A stretch of 63,609 nucleotides of DNA, counting the filler, from Craspedostauros australis (lineage: Eukaryota), in NCBI GenBank assembly GCA_030167865.1. It is 5 parts of 5 records of this genome, joined end to end, with 100 filler letters (N's around TTAATTAATTAA, not from the genome) between each part and the next. Parts side by side here need not be neighbours in the genome. Positions count along the whole stretch, not along the records: positions 1 to 18,077 come from JALAGF010000841.1; 4 more parts are not named here. One strand, given 5' to 3'. Shown here piece after piece: positions 1-11,361 of this stretch. Both the position numbers and the translations under genes were made by a program. The notes below the pieces were generated by a model. The model saw nothing but the letters and a program-made list of their open reading frames with translations. It had not been told where the DNA came from and did no database searches. The first letter of the stretch is position 1; every line of letters starts with the position of its first letter.

Positions 1-645
1 GAAACAGTGTGGGCGACAGGAAAGGAAGAAAGCGAATCGTGACGTCACGTGGGCATTGGAAAGACCCTAATCCTCACGAAAGTGACTGTCTCCATTGTGA
101 CCAGACCAGTCTCTATTGCGGGGCTCCCCCTGGCATTGAGTCATCCTGGTGTGTCTCAGTACCCAAGTTCTGGGGCCACTCGAACCCCTCCAATGTCGTT
201 TGAACCAATTGCGAGGAGTCATAGCGAAGGGCAACGACTGAATTCGACTATGTCCGGCGTCGTCGGATGTCACAAGTGATTCACAATGGTCCGCGGGGCG
301 ATGAGTCAGTCGATGTGATTATGTCACCCGACCAACACAAAGCGTCATTTACTGTCGTTGTAAACAATAGGTCCCTGTTACTTAATTCGGGATGGTCCCA
401 CAATCACAACAACGGCGAAAATGCGATCACGACCACAAGCTGAAAAAGCCCTCACGAAACAAACAAGTTCCCAGCAAGGCACGGGAAAATCGCCAAAAGT
501 GTGTGTGGGAATGGACGTCTGTCCTCCACCCCACCCATGCCGTGTTCGACACTGTCTCCGATGCGGACAAGTCAATACCAACACCACAATCTTCCACGGT
601 GGAGCAATAAGTAGACGTTATATACGTTATAACAAGAATCGCTAC

Positions 646-795
646 TTTCGTCGAACCTTGATTAGTTTCGTCGAACCTTGATTAGTTTCGTCGAACCTTG
701 ATTAGTTTCGTCGAAACTTGATTAGTTTCATCGAACCTTGATTAGTTTCGTCGAACCTTGATTAGTTTCATCGAACCTTGAATAGTTTCATTGAA
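646..795. repeat. Tandem array A, 20-bp unit ATTAGTTTCRTCGAACCTTG, about 7.5 copies
   Basis: Units start at 661, 681, 701, 721, 741 and 761, with partial or degenerate units at 646-660 and 781-795. Confidence 0.97.
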
Positions 796-1186
796 TGTTC
801 GCTGGGGTCCCATGATTCGTGTCTGGACGCATGAGCCGATTCTGCCACGTTTGAACCTCCATTCTTGCAACGACGAAATCAGGCGCAAAATGAGCCAAAC
901 GTGCTCACAACAACAAATGCTTGCCCGTGCAATGTGACACAATCAATAAACATGCCACAATCAGTAGAAGCAGGATTCGAGATACATCGTCCACAGGACG
1001 ACTGTTGCTAGTCGACTGCGAAGCGGAGTGATGTGACGGGGATGGCGAGTGCTTGGCTGCGTGTTGATGTTCATCATGTTGTCATTGTTTTGGAACAGTG
1101 ATTCATTGCGTTCCGTTGCAGTGGCTGACGTTGAGTCTTGACAAGATTTTCTGAGTCTTGGTTTCCTCATTCAGTCTTGGTCCAGC

Positions 1187-1346
1187 ATTAGTTTCATTGA
1201 GACGTCATTAGTTTCATCGAAACGTTGTTAGTTTCGTCGAAACGATATTAGTTCCATCGAATCATCATTAGTTTCGTCGAGTCGTTGTTAGTTTCGTCGA
1301 GTCGTTGTTAGTTTCGTCGAAACGTTGTTAGTTTCATCGAATCAAT
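1187..1346. repeat. Tandem array B, 20-bp period, 8 copies of core TTAGTTTCRTCGA plus a variable 7-nt linker
   Basis: Cores start at 1188, 1208, 1228, 1248, 1268, 1288, 1308 and 1328. Same core and orientation as array A. Confidence 0.95.
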
Positions 1347-1722
1347 TACATGTGATTGGAGTTCTCTTTTTGAAATGTTAACGTTATAGACGTTATGTAC
1401 AAACCAATGTGTTGATCGATTGAGTCAAAGGATGCCTTGGCTTCGGCTGTCCACAGCAAATGGTCGTAGTAGTCGATGACGTTCGTAGTCGTGTTTCGAC
1501 GAATTTCCCGTGCCTTGCAGCAGTTTGTATCTGGATTGCTACAACGCGTGAGTCGCTGAGGAGAGGTGTGGCGAAACATTCAGGGTGTGAGCATAAACAT
1601 GCACACGGTCTCAACCTCTCTCATTACTCATACTCTGCTGCACCAACAGTCCGTATCACGCTTTATCCCATCAATCGCATTTCACGTTCGCATCACACAT
1701 CACGATATCGAACAGATCGACA

Positions 1723-4700
1723 ATGATGCCCGGAGCCATCTCACGCCGCACCGACGCCAACAACGCCGGTATCTCCATCCAACATGATGTGGCCAATGGC
1801 ACAGCCAACGGTGCCGATGCTATCCCATCAAAGCCACAGCTGAAGCAGCAGTCGACGCAGGAAGATATCAGCGTGATCGACGATGCTTCGTCTGCCATCA
1901 CTCCATTTGACTCACAGAATCCGCTTCAGCGGGATGATCAACAACTTCCCTTCGAGGAAGTTGGCCTGATCGGTAGAAGCAAGGAGATCCACGCACTGCG
2001 ACACGCGTTCAGCATGACTTGCCTGCGACGTGAAAGGCGATCCTCTGACAGCAATAGCGAGTCGAGTAACAAGGCTCCACATCACAGTGGCTCCCATGAA
2101 CCTGTGAGCGAGGCAACATCAGCAACAAGAGACTCGTCAACAGAGTCATCATCAGATGCCAACGATGAGATGATATTGCAAACGATGCGATCATCAAAGA
2201 GAACACTCGTCCTCATCTCGGGACATTCGGGAAGTGGAAAGACAGCGCTTGCCATGCAAGTCAAAAAGTTCGCTGCAACACACAATGCCAACATTCCCAA
2301 TGCCACCACTCCCAACACTGCCACTAACAGCAGCAGCGTGTACCGCCCCTTCCACGGCTTCTTCGTTTCTGGCAAGTGCGAGATCTCCAAGATGAATGCG
2401 GAGCAACCGTACGCTGGGATCAAATCTGCATTGATGGATCTATGCAACCAGATCATTTGCTTGCCTCGCGACGAAGAAGACATCCACGCCAAAGTCATCA
2501 TGTCGTCTCTCAACATGGGTGACAAGACCTTCGCCATGACATCGGAGAGCGAGCAGGCACGCAGCAACCTTCCTTCGCCCAGCCACCATGGCACTTCTTC
2601 AACGCACTCCTCAGCAGCTGACCAACAGACACCATCCGCTCTCGATGATCCTCGACGGCTTTCCGCCCTTCGGAAGCTCTTGACCAAGGGCCTCACCAAG
2701 GGGGAGATCAGGGTGCTGTCCGCTGTCATCCCAGCTCTCCCTCAGGTCGTCTACGGCATTCAGCATGCACTCGTTCTCGGCACAGCCTCAAGGGGCGATG
2801 TTTCTGTTGCCAGCCTGTCGACATGCACATCTGGCAGACACAGTCTGGCGAGACCGTGGAATGATCAAATCGGATACCGTGCCCACGGTGATCGGCTCAA
2901 GTTTGCTCTGCGGAGGTTGATCCAGATCATCTGCAACTTCTGCCCCCTCATCTTCGTCATCGATGACATCCAATGGGCCGACAAGACATCGCTGGACATC
3001 CTACAAGCGTGGATGCTCGACACCAACAACTCGTCACTGATGGTCATCGGATGTTACCGATCCAATCTGTTGGAAGAGAATCGCATCCTCAAGACCACGT
3101 TGCTGGCGCTAGATGAATCCAAACGCGAGCGATCGCTCCGCATCATCAAGCTTCCCATCCAAGATCTGGAGCTGGATCACGTCAAGGAGCTGCTGTGCTG
3201 TCTTCTCAAACCCCAGGATGGCATCCCATACAGCAACACTGCTGACCACAGCAACCGAGATGATGGAACGAACGATGAACGCTATGAGGCCGTGACACAC
3301 TTTGCAGACATCGTGTACAACAAGACGGGCGGGAATCCCTTCTTCGTGCAACGGTTCCTCCATTCGTTGGTCGACGACCGGCTGCTCCAGTACAATCCAT
3401 CGATGCTTCTGCCCGAGTCGGCCACAACGACAGGGTCGACGCCGCTACCATCACCAGCGCCAGCACCAATCGCACCACCAACAACATCGACAGCATCAAC
3501 AGTATCAACACCCACATGGGCATGGGTCTGGAATGATGATAAGATGCAGGCCAAGTCACCGCTCACCAGCAACGTCATCGAGCTCATGAAGAACAAACTG
3601 CATCAGGTGCAGGATGCCAGACAGATCTTGCCCATCGCGGCATGTCTGGGTGCATCCTTGTCCTACTCAACCATGTGTGTGGTGATGCGCGGCCTCTCCA
3701 TCCACTCAGCTCATTCGGCTTTCGTCCGAGAGCTGTTCGGTATCAGTCGCTTCGTCTCCAACAGCGGGATCCGCAAGATGCTCCGCACCTGCGAACGCGA
3801 AGGCTTGCTGGAACGATCTGCCAATGTCAAGGTCGCCGACGACTACATGATGGACATCGATGCAACCAACACATCGAATAAGACGCAATCCAGCACCCAC
3901 CCAAAGCAGAAGGCAAAGACGAGACAGTCCACCATCTACAACTTCAGCCACGACAAGGTGCAGGAGGCGGCGCTGGACATGGTGGAACAGGAGCAGCTCT
4001 CTGAGCTCAAGTATCGCGTGGGAGAGATCCTCCTTTTTGGTCTTTCCCAAGATGAGCTTGATGAACGTATCTTCATGGTCACGAACCTTGTCAACACAAG
4101 GCCGGACCTGATCCCGGATGCTAACAAGAGCGATCGCCGCAAGCGAGTGATGATGGTCAACTTCGACGCCGGCACCAAGGCCGTCGGTTGTTCCGCATTT
4201 CGGTTGGCCCTCAGATACTTCCGTTGTGCCATCGACCTTCTCCCACCCAATCACTGGGACGACCTTCAGGAGGAGACATTACAAGTCTATTCTTCCGCAG
4301 CAGAGTGCGCATTCGTTACGGGCGACCTCGATAGGTCCCGCAGGTACTGCAACATCATCGTCGAATCCAAATGCGACATCTTGGAGAAGATCGATGCCTA
4401 CCACACATGGGCAGACATAGCGGCAGCCGAGCACAAGAAGGATGGTGAGAAATCTGTCGCAGTGCAGCTTTGCTTGAGCGTCCTGTCACAGCTGGGGTGC
4501 AACATTCCAAAGCCCGGGATGAAACGAAAGTTCGCGATCATCTCCGGACTCCTCAAGGTGAAGCGCGCCGCTCGTTCGTTGACATCGGAATCCATTGCAA
4601 AGCTCCCGCTGAATGAAAATGAGGAGGAAGCAGTGATGAGGACGTTGGGTAAGCTTGTCACACTTTGCTACCTCGCCGACCCAGAGCTCATACCCATCAT

Positions 4701-5805
4701 CGCCCTCAAGACTTTTCAACGAACGTTCAAGTACGGCATATCCGAGCATTCTCCGATTGCCTTCATCTTTCTGGGTATCATCACGGGTTCTGCCATGGGC
4801 GATGTCAAGGCACGTGAGAATCTGGGACGCGCCTCCCTCGAAATGCTAGCCAGGCTAGATCACCCCGCCACCGAACCTGCAATTATCTTCACTTTTTACT
4901 CGTTGATACAGCACTGGAATCAACCATTGGAAGAGATCAAAGAGCCGTTCATGGAGGCGTATCGCACGGCCACGGCATGTGGCGATTTGGAATCAGCAGC
5001 CTGGAGCATCTCCAACTACATCAATTTTTCGTTTTTTGACGGAACTCGGCTATCCCACATCGACGCCGATTGCGCAGCATACACCAAGGTGTTGCTGGAT
5101 TTCAATCAGACCCAGCAGCATTACCTCATGTGTCTAGGATGGCAGAAGATCATGAATCTCCGCGGCACATCCAAACATACCGTCCTCCTCATCGGGGACG
5201 CCTTCGACGAACGCAAGGGCACTTACGATACAGTTGACTTGATGGCCAACACTCAGAAGCACGCACTCGACCTGACCAAAGCGGGACTTTGCTGCTTCTT
5301 TGGTGAATACGAGATGGGTGCCAAACTATCCGTCGTATCTGCCCTCGCATTGGCCGAGGCGACACCGGGTGCGTCCACCGTGCCACCCAGTTTATTCCGT
5401 GCAGCGTTGACCTGCTTTGCTGCCTCACACGTCACCACATCGAAGAGCCGAAAATACCTCAAGACAGCTCGACAGTGCGCGAAGCAGCTGAAGGTGTGGA
5501 ACAAGCAGGGCCATCCCAACTGTCCCCACTACCTCACGATTCTGAAAGCCGAAGAGCACTTCCTGCGTGGCAAACATAGCTCCGCGATCGCGCTGTACGC
5601 ACAGAGTATCAAAAGCACATCGCAGCGCGGGTACATCCATGACGAGGCAACGGCGAATGAGCGGCTTGCTGATTGTTTGATGGACTACGGTCGTCGCGAT
5701 GATGCGAAGTCTCGGTACGAAGAATCTTCGAGGTTGTACAGGGAGTGGGGAGCGCTGAAGAAAGTGGAAGTGCTGGAGGCCAAGACGCAGAAGCTGTTCC
5801 AGTAA
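1723..5805 (+). CDS. STAND/AAA_16-type P-loop ATPase with helical (TPR-like) C-terminus, COG3899-like, 1360 aa
   Basis: LIGRSKE entry motif, Walker A GHSGSGKT, Walker B FVIDDIQWAD, TGGNPFF, FSHDKVQEAA, and C-terminal HDEATANERLA...YREWGA. Confidence 0.9.
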   Translation: MMPGAISRRTDANNAGISIQHDVANGTANGADAIPSKPQLKQQSTQEDISVIDDASSAITPFDSQNPLQRDDQQLPFEEVGLIGRSKEIHALRHAFSMTCLRRERRSSDSNSESSNKAPHHSGSHEPVSEATSATRDSSTESSSDANDEMILQTMRSSKRTLVLISGHSGSGKTALAMQVKKFAATHNANIPNATTPNTATNSSSVYRPFHGFFVSGKCEISKMNAEQPYAGIKSALMDLCNQIICLPRDEEDIHAKVIMSSLNMGDKTFAMTSESEQARSNLPSPSHHGTSSTHSSAADQQTPSALDDPRRLSALRKLLTKGLTKGEIRVLSAVIPALPQVVYGIQHALVLGTASRGDVSVASLSTCTSGRHSLARPWNDQIGYRAHGDRLKFALRRLIQIICNFCPLIFVIDDIQWADKTSLDILQAWMLDTNNSSLMVIGCYRSNLLEENRILKTTLLALDESKRERSLRIIKLPIQDLELDHVKELLCCLLKPQDGIPYSNTADHSNRDDGTNDERYEAVTHFADIVYNKTGGNPFFVQRFLHSLVDDRLLQYNPSMLLPESATTTGSTPLPSPAPAPIAPPTTSTASTVSTPTWAWVWNDDKMQAKSPLTSNVIELMKNKLHQVQDARQILPIAACLGASLSYSTMCVVMRGLSIHSAHSAFVRELFGISRFVSNSGIRKMLRTCEREGLLERSANVKVADDYMMDIDATNTSNKTQSSTHPKQKAKTRQSTIYNFSHDKVQEAALDMVEQEQLSELKYRVGEILLFGLSQDELDERIFMVTNLVNTRPDLIPDANKSDRRKRVMMVNFDAGTKAVGCSAFRLALRYFRCAIDLLPPNHWDDLQEETLQVYSSAAECAFVTGDLDRSRRYCNIIVESKCDILEKIDAYHTWADIAAAEHKKDGEKSVAVQLCLSVLSQLGCNIPKPGMKRKFAIISGLLKVKRAARSLTSESIAKLPLNENEEEAVMRTLGKLVTLCYLADPELIPIIALKTFQRTFKYGISEHSPIAFIFLGIITGSAMGDVKARENLGRASLEMLARLDHPATEPAIIFTFYSLIQHWNQPLEEIKEPFMEAYRTATACGDLESAAWSISNYINFSFFDGTRLSHIDADCAAYTKVLLDFNQTQQHYLMCLGWQKIMNLRGTSKHTVLLIGDAFDERKGTYDTVDLMANTQKHALDLTKAGLCCFFGEYEMGAKLSVVSALALAEATPGASTVPPSLFRAALTCFAASHVTTSKSRKYLKTARQCAKQLKVWNKQGHPNCPHYLTILKAEEHFLRGKHSSAIALYAQSIKSTSQRGYIHDEATANERLADCLMDYGRRDDAKSRYEESSRLYREWGALKKVEVLEAKTQKLFQ

Positions 5806-6891
5806 ACAGAAATGGGAAGCGATGGAGTAGATCTGCATCAATCGATATGAAAACACTGAATTTACAAAATTGATGCGTTGTGCGTAAGGGAAGTTCCGAG
5901 GAATAACATAGTACATTCGTGGTTGGTGTGGAAGCTAGACGGTGGGGTGGGTTGACACCTCTGCGACATGCGAGCAGGCGTCCAGACAGAAAGTTGTCGT
6001 AGTGAGTCCGATGTATGCACACATAAACTATGACAGAATCTGGTTGTCATCCTGGGTCTTCAGCGAACGTCTTCTTGTGGCTGTGACATCCAAGGTCGTA
6101 TTGTTCGGAACAACAGAAAAAAGTGAAGGCAGTTTGGCGTTCTTCGTCGGCTTATTTTGTTGGAGGCGTGATCTCATTTGACATTTTTTGTTTTGGCGCT
6201 GTGGAGAGGTTGCAAAGGCGTTCCCCTCCTTCTGGTCCCCATCGATGACCGGATGGGAGAGACATTGTCATGGGAAGAAGTCAAGGCCCACACTTTCGTC
6301 CACAGATCAAAAAAATGTGAAGGCAGAAAAGTGTAAAGGCCACAGCAGCGTCGTCGTATTGGCACTGGCCACAGGAGTGCCCAGATGACGGTAGCACAAT
6401 GATGGCATCGGCTGAGAAGCAAGCGAGTCGTCGATCGTCCGAAGCAACAATCACAAGGGAGTGATCCATGGGCAAGGCCAACGCTGCATGTGTCTTCGCA
6501 GATACACGAAGGTGCCCTGAAGCGCTGAGACTCCGTGACTTTTCCCGACCAGGGTGCTGCCGCCAGGAGAAGAACCCGAAGAAGAAATCCCCCAGGCAGA
6601 GTCGTACGCGCACTCACAGTTCGTACCAAGGCGCCGATGCTACTATTATGACCGACACCAGGAACCGCCGACTACCTCCTTGCATCGAATGGCTTCTCTC
6701 AAGCCACCGCAACAGCAGATGATGCGCACGCTATTCGCGGCTCGTACGAAAGAAGCATGGCCATCATACTTGCTACCTCCTCGACCATCAGACTCGAAGG
6801 TCTCATAAATCACCGCTCAAGACATTGGCATCATCACATCGTATAGTACGAGCTACCATACGCAGATCGTATTCAAACGCCTTCATTCAAC

Positions 6892-9800
6892 ATGCCATCA
6901 AGCAGCAACTTCATTGGGAAGACCAATGACAATGCCCATTCGGCTACATCCACACGTGCTGGATCCATTCTCATGGATGAGAAAGCAGCGGAATGCGGAT
7001 CAGCAGTAGCATCGATGTCGACAACCACTCTGTCCACGTCGCCGGCTTTCGAACCTAGCCTTTCAACAGAAGGTGGGCGTCTGGCATCAGCATCGGCGCC
7101 AGCATCGAAGAAGCATGTGGCCCCAAGCCACGAATCGGCTGGATCCAGCAAGCAAGCCTCCTTCTTTGGGAGAGAGCAGGAGTTGCAACATCTCCGCGAC
7201 ATCTGGCGTCACATCAACGATGGTCAGCCCATCATCCCAGCCGCTCTGGTTTGGGGAACAAGCGGAACTGGAAAGTCAGAACTGATCGAACAATTCTTCA
7301 ATAACGCAACCTGCTCGTGCGAAGACAACCGCCACCCTCACCAAGCAAACGTACAATGCGGCTGTAGCTGCCGCTACGTGCTGCGAGGCAAGTACGATGA
7401 GTTCACCGGGAGCAAGGATCCGTTCTCTGCCATCATCCAGGCACTGGATGACTTCGCTGTGCAGCTCAAGCAAGGGTCTCCGGAAGAGCTGCGTCGGATC
7501 CAAGAAGCCATGGGAAATGCGTTTTCCGTAGATGCGGATGCCGATGCGGACACGAACTTCCCCGAATCCAACCGGGACGATGCCAACCACGATAAATCCA
7601 TCAATCAACTACAGAGCAATTTGGTGCGACAGAGCTACTCAGCCATGTCTGCTTTGATCACAGTGGTTCCGTCGCTGTCCATCTTGTTCTCGAACTCCGT
7701 TGGGGCATCTTCGAGCGACTCGGCATGCGATGTCAGTCACGCTTCCACTCAAAAATCCGCACATGCGGCAACGGATGCTGCATCTGTATCCACAGGCAGC
7801 ATCCCTGGCTGTTACATGGCAGGTACGATCGTGGATGCCGAACATGATGACAGCAGTCAGCAGAAGACAGCAGCCACCGGCGACTCTCAGAGCACGTGGA
7901 ATCGCCTATGTTACATCTTCATCCAATTCATGAAGGCCATCTCCACTCCGCAACGGCCCGTCTTCCTCTTCCTCGACGATCTGCAATGGTCATCAGCTGC
8001 CGGGCTGGAACTTCTGGCATCGTTGCTGACCGATACCGATCTCCACAACTTCATGTTGCTGGGGGCCATCCGACAGGAGACTGATCCCCACAACCACCAA
8101 GCGGTGGAATTGTCGCCAGAGGCACCCCTGCAGAGATCCTTCCTGGACCGATTGGTCAACCAGAGCATCATGGGTGTCGGTGCCGGTACCGGCATCGGTA
8201 CCAACGTCAATGCCAACACCAATTACCGACATGGAAACCGCGAGAGCAGCGATAGACTCCTTGAGCAGGTTACCCTTGGTCCTTTGCCATTGCCGGACTG
8301 CACTCAATGGCTCTCCCATCTCCTCCACCGATCCCACGATGACAACGATCTCATGGTCCTCGCCTCCAAGATCCACCAAAAGACGCAAGGCAACGTCTAC
8401 TTCACGCTCCAGGCCGTGGAAGAGCTCAAGAGGAGCGGAATCATCGTCCATAACAACACTTTGGGTCGATGGGAATGGGATCTCACCCAATCCACAAATG
8501 GCGACACCGGCGAGCTCCCCATTGGCGACAACATCGTGGCCATCATCGAGATGCAGCTCAGGAGCCTGCCGCAGCATCTTCAGCACGTTCTTTCTGTCGC
8601 CGCTTACATCCGGTCGACGTTCGATGTGCATGTCCTGCAGATGGTGCTGCAGTACATCCAGGACCATGGAGGAATGGACATGGTGCATCTACAGGTACAC
8701 GGTGAGCAGAGAACACTCACCGAGACGTCGGCAACGGTAGAGCAAGAATCGGCAGAGTCTGCGCCGTGGACAGTCGAACGCGTATGCACGCTATTGGACC
8801 AAGCCCTTCTGGAAGGCCTCGTCACCAACTCAATTGGCGAGACCCGGTACCATTTCGCACATGATCGAGTGCAACAGGCAGCCCATGGATTGATTCCAGG
8901 CGGTGAGGTCGGCACCAAGCTTCGCTCGCAGATCGGCCACTGCCTTTTCGGCATGTATCGAAAACACAACGCAGCATCAGCACGAAGCGAACATCAAGAG
9001 CACCTCATCAGAGACGTCGATAGCCTGCTTTTCATCGCAGCCGACCATCTCAACAGCGTCCCCACCAAGGATCATTTCTTCCTTGTGTCTTTCAATCTTG
9101 AAGTCGGACAGAAGGCACTTCAGATGGCTGCTCGGACATCCGCATTCGCGTACCTCCAGAAGGCGAGCCATGCGCTGCAGTGCGTGCGCAATCCGTGGTC
9201 AGAGCACTACGAGACCTGCCTCACGCTGTTCCAATGCCGGACAGAGGTAGAGCTTTCGTTGGGTAACTTCGAGGTCGGCTATTCCATTGGTAACGAGATC
9301 TTGAAGAGAGCACGGACCTTAGATGAGAAGCTCACGACGTACTTCGTCATGGCGCTTGCGTTGGGCCAGCAGAGCAAGACAGCGGAGTCTCTATCGATGA
9401 GCATGTCCGTCGCGAGGCAGCTGGGCGAATCTCCACGTCGATTCTACCTCTTCCATGCGATGAATGATCTGATGCAGATCAAGGCATTCTTCAAGAACCA
9501 CACCGATGAAGACATCGAGAACCTACCCATTCTGACAAGCTGCCGTGATACGATGGCGATGAAAATCATGCACGAAGTCGGCTACCGATCATTCTTCTCC
9601 GGAAACTGGCTGTCATGGCTTGTGCACTTGCTCAAGTGTGTCCGCATGACGTTTCGATACGGCATCACCGAGCACTCTGCCGCAGCATTTGCTGTGTTGA
9701 GCATATTTTTCGATGTGTCAAATGAAGGTAGCGCAGCCACGGTGCGATGTGCAGGAATTGCCCTCAAACTCTTGGGGCGCGCCACAGGAGCGCAGCAAAT

Positions 9801-11118
9801 CTCTGAAGTCCATACCATCGTAGGGACCTGGATCTACCCATACAGCGAACCATTCCCCAAGTGCATCAGCATGTTGAACAGAGGATACTCTGCTGCCATG
9901 GAAGCTGGTTTCTTCGACGTTGGGCTGAAAGGCTTGCAATCGCGCAACGCATTGGCGTTCTTCGTTGGGTACAAGTTACAGCCATTGCTTGGGGCTCTTG
10001 AGACTGCTCTCCAACAGTACAAAGTCTACAACGTGGCCTTCAGTAATGAAGTGACAACCGCGCTGCTGATGATGACGAAATACTTGGTTGGCGCCATCCC
10101 CATCGATTGGGAGGTCATTGAACGCAATCTGGCGAACGATCATTCGAAGAGTTCCGGGAACCCAGATGAAGTGCATCGCCTCGTGGCAACTTACTCTGGT
10201 CTGCCGTTGATGGCGACTCTACTTCGGCGACACGAGCTCACCCAGCGAATGATCACGTTGTACAATGGTTTATCCGCAAACGCAAAAGGCTACTACTTCG
10301 ATACGACCATCATACTTGCGCAAGGTATCTCAGCGTCTGCGCTGTATCAAGACACAGGCAAGGCGAAGTACAAGAAGGAATTGAAGCGACAAGTCAACTT
10401 GGCCCGCAGACTCGTCGCTGACAAGGGGAGGAATACGATGGCTCTGCTTCAGCTGCTCAAGGCAGAGCGTCTCTCGATGAAGAGCATCAGGTCCAATCAC
10501 AACGTGATTCGCCATACGGCAGAGGTGTACGACATGGCTATAGCAGTGGCTGAGAAGGTCTCGTTGACCCATATCTGCGCTATCGCATGCGAACAAGCTG
10601 CTGAATATCACATCCACGCGATGAAGGTGACTTCTCAGCATGCCGGAAATGCAAACACCGACGCCCATGCTTTGAAAATGGCACTACATGAATCGGCTTG
10701 TGAGTACATGACACGGGCCGTGCAGTATTACAACGAATGGGACTGCGTCATCAAGGTGAAGGACATTCAAAAGCGACGGTCGAAGTATTTGAATCACCTC
10801 GATACTAGCATTAGCGATGCCAAAGAAAGGATTGTCGACATGGGCTTGCCCCACAATAGGGGCTTCAGAGCCAATTCTGTTGTGCCACGTGCCAGGAGGC
10901 AGACATCCAAGATCGTTGCTGGCATCGGGAACTGCAACGCGACACATACGCACGGCTCTTTGGACCCGACTCGTAGTTCGACAGAGAGAGAGCATGATGG
11001 ATCACGCATCTCTGGCGAACCGAGCAATTATAAGAGCACATCTGACGAGGATGAGATCCCAAGTGGTGGCCACGGCGGCGACGACGGCATGTCAGTGTTG
11101 ACTGATGGATCACGATAA
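6892..11118 (+). CDS. STAND/AAA_16-type ATPase, COG3899-like, 1408 aa; divergent tandem paralog
   Basis: FFGREQE, Walker A GTSGTGKS, GKYD, Walker B LFLDDLQW, TQGNVYF, FAHDRVQQAA, and C-terminal IACEQAA...YNEW. Confidence 0.9.
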   Translation: MPSSSNFIGKTNDNAHSATSTRAGSILMDEKAAECGSAVASMSTTTLSTSPAFEPSLSTEGGRLASASAPASKKHVAPSHESAGSSKQASFFGREQELQHLRDIWRHINDGQPIIPAALVWGTSGTGKSELIEQFFNNATCSCEDNRHPHQANVQCGCSCRYVLRGKYDEFTGSKDPFSAIIQALDDFAVQLKQGSPEELRRIQEAMGNAFSVDADADADTNFPESNRDDANHDKSINQLQSNLVRQSYSAMSALITVVPSLSILFSNSVGASSSDSACDVSHASTQKSAHAATDAASVSTGSIPGCYMAGTIVDAEHDDSSQQKTAATGDSQSTWNRLCYIFIQFMKAISTPQRPVFLFLDDLQWSSAAGLELLASLLTDTDLHNFMLLGAIRQETDPHNHQAVELSPEAPLQRSFLDRLVNQSIMGVGAGTGIGTNVNANTNYRHGNRESSDRLLEQVTLGPLPLPDCTQWLSHLLHRSHDDNDLMVLASKIHQKTQGNVYFTLQAVEELKRSGIIVHNNTLGRWEWDLTQSTNGDTGELPIGDNIVAIIEMQLRSLPQHLQHVLSVAAYIRSTFDVHVLQMVLQYIQDHGGMDMVHLQVHGEQRTLTETSATVEQESAESAPWTVERVCTLLDQALLEGLVTNSIGETRYHFAHDRVQQAAHGLIPGGEVGTKLRSQIGHCLFGMYRKHNAASARSEHQEHLIRDVDSLLFIAADHLNSVPTKDHFFLVSFNLEVGQKALQMAARTSAFAYLQKASHALQCVRNPWSEHYETCLTLFQCRTEVELSLGNFEVGYSIGNEILKRARTLDEKLTTYFVMALALGQQSKTAESLSMSMSVARQLGESPRRFYLFHAMNDLMQIKAFFKNHTDEDIENLPILTSCRDTMAMKIMHEVGYRSFFSGNWLSWLVHLLKCVRMTFRYGITEHSAAAFAVLSIFFDVSNEGSAATVRCAGIALKLLGRATGAQQISEVHTIVGTWIYPYSEPFPKCISMLNRGYSAAMEAGFFDVGLKGLQSRNALAFFVGYKLQPLLGALETALQQYKVYNVAFSNEVTTALLMMTKYLVGAIPIDWEVIERNLANDHSKSSGNPDEVHRLVATYSGLPLMATLLRRHELTQRMITLYNGLSANAKGYYFDTTIILAQGISASALYQDTGKAKYKKELKRQVNLARRLVADKGRNTMALLQLLKAERLSMKSIRSNHNVIRHTAEVYDMAIAVAEKVSLTHICAIACEQAAEYHIHAMKVTSQHAGNANTDAHALKMALHESACEYMTRAVQYYNEWDCVIKVKDIQKRRSKYLNHLDTSISDAKERIVDMGLPHNRGFRANSVVPRARRQTSKIVAGIGNCNATHTHGSLDPTRSSTEREHDGSRISGEPSNYKSTSDEDEIPSGGHGGDDGMSVLTDGSR

Positions 11119-11361
11119 CAAACAGAAGCGTACTTGTAGTCTGGAGAATGGTGGAGATGTGATGGTAATTCCAAATAGGACCACTCTTACATGTATTATA
11201 TGTATGTTCCTATACGATGTACTATAGGTATGATATGCCCATTGCCACAACACGGGATAACAAGAGATGAATCGCTGCGAGCACATGGATCACGACGAGC
11301 CCAGCAGTTGGAGTTTGATTTGATTCGATCCGATCTGCCTTGGACAAGCACAGCGAGCGTG

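Noticed and set aside
38..51. Palindrome CGTGACGTCACG with overlapping CRE and G-box
   Set aside because: A single short motif 1.7 kb from the nearest ATG; cannot be told from chance.
1187..1346. CRISPR-like or heat-shock-element reading of array B
   Set aside because: Linkers are only 7 nt and mutually related, there are no cas genes, and the host is eukaryotic. TTC-N3-GAA spacing does not fit the nTTCnnGAAn HSE.
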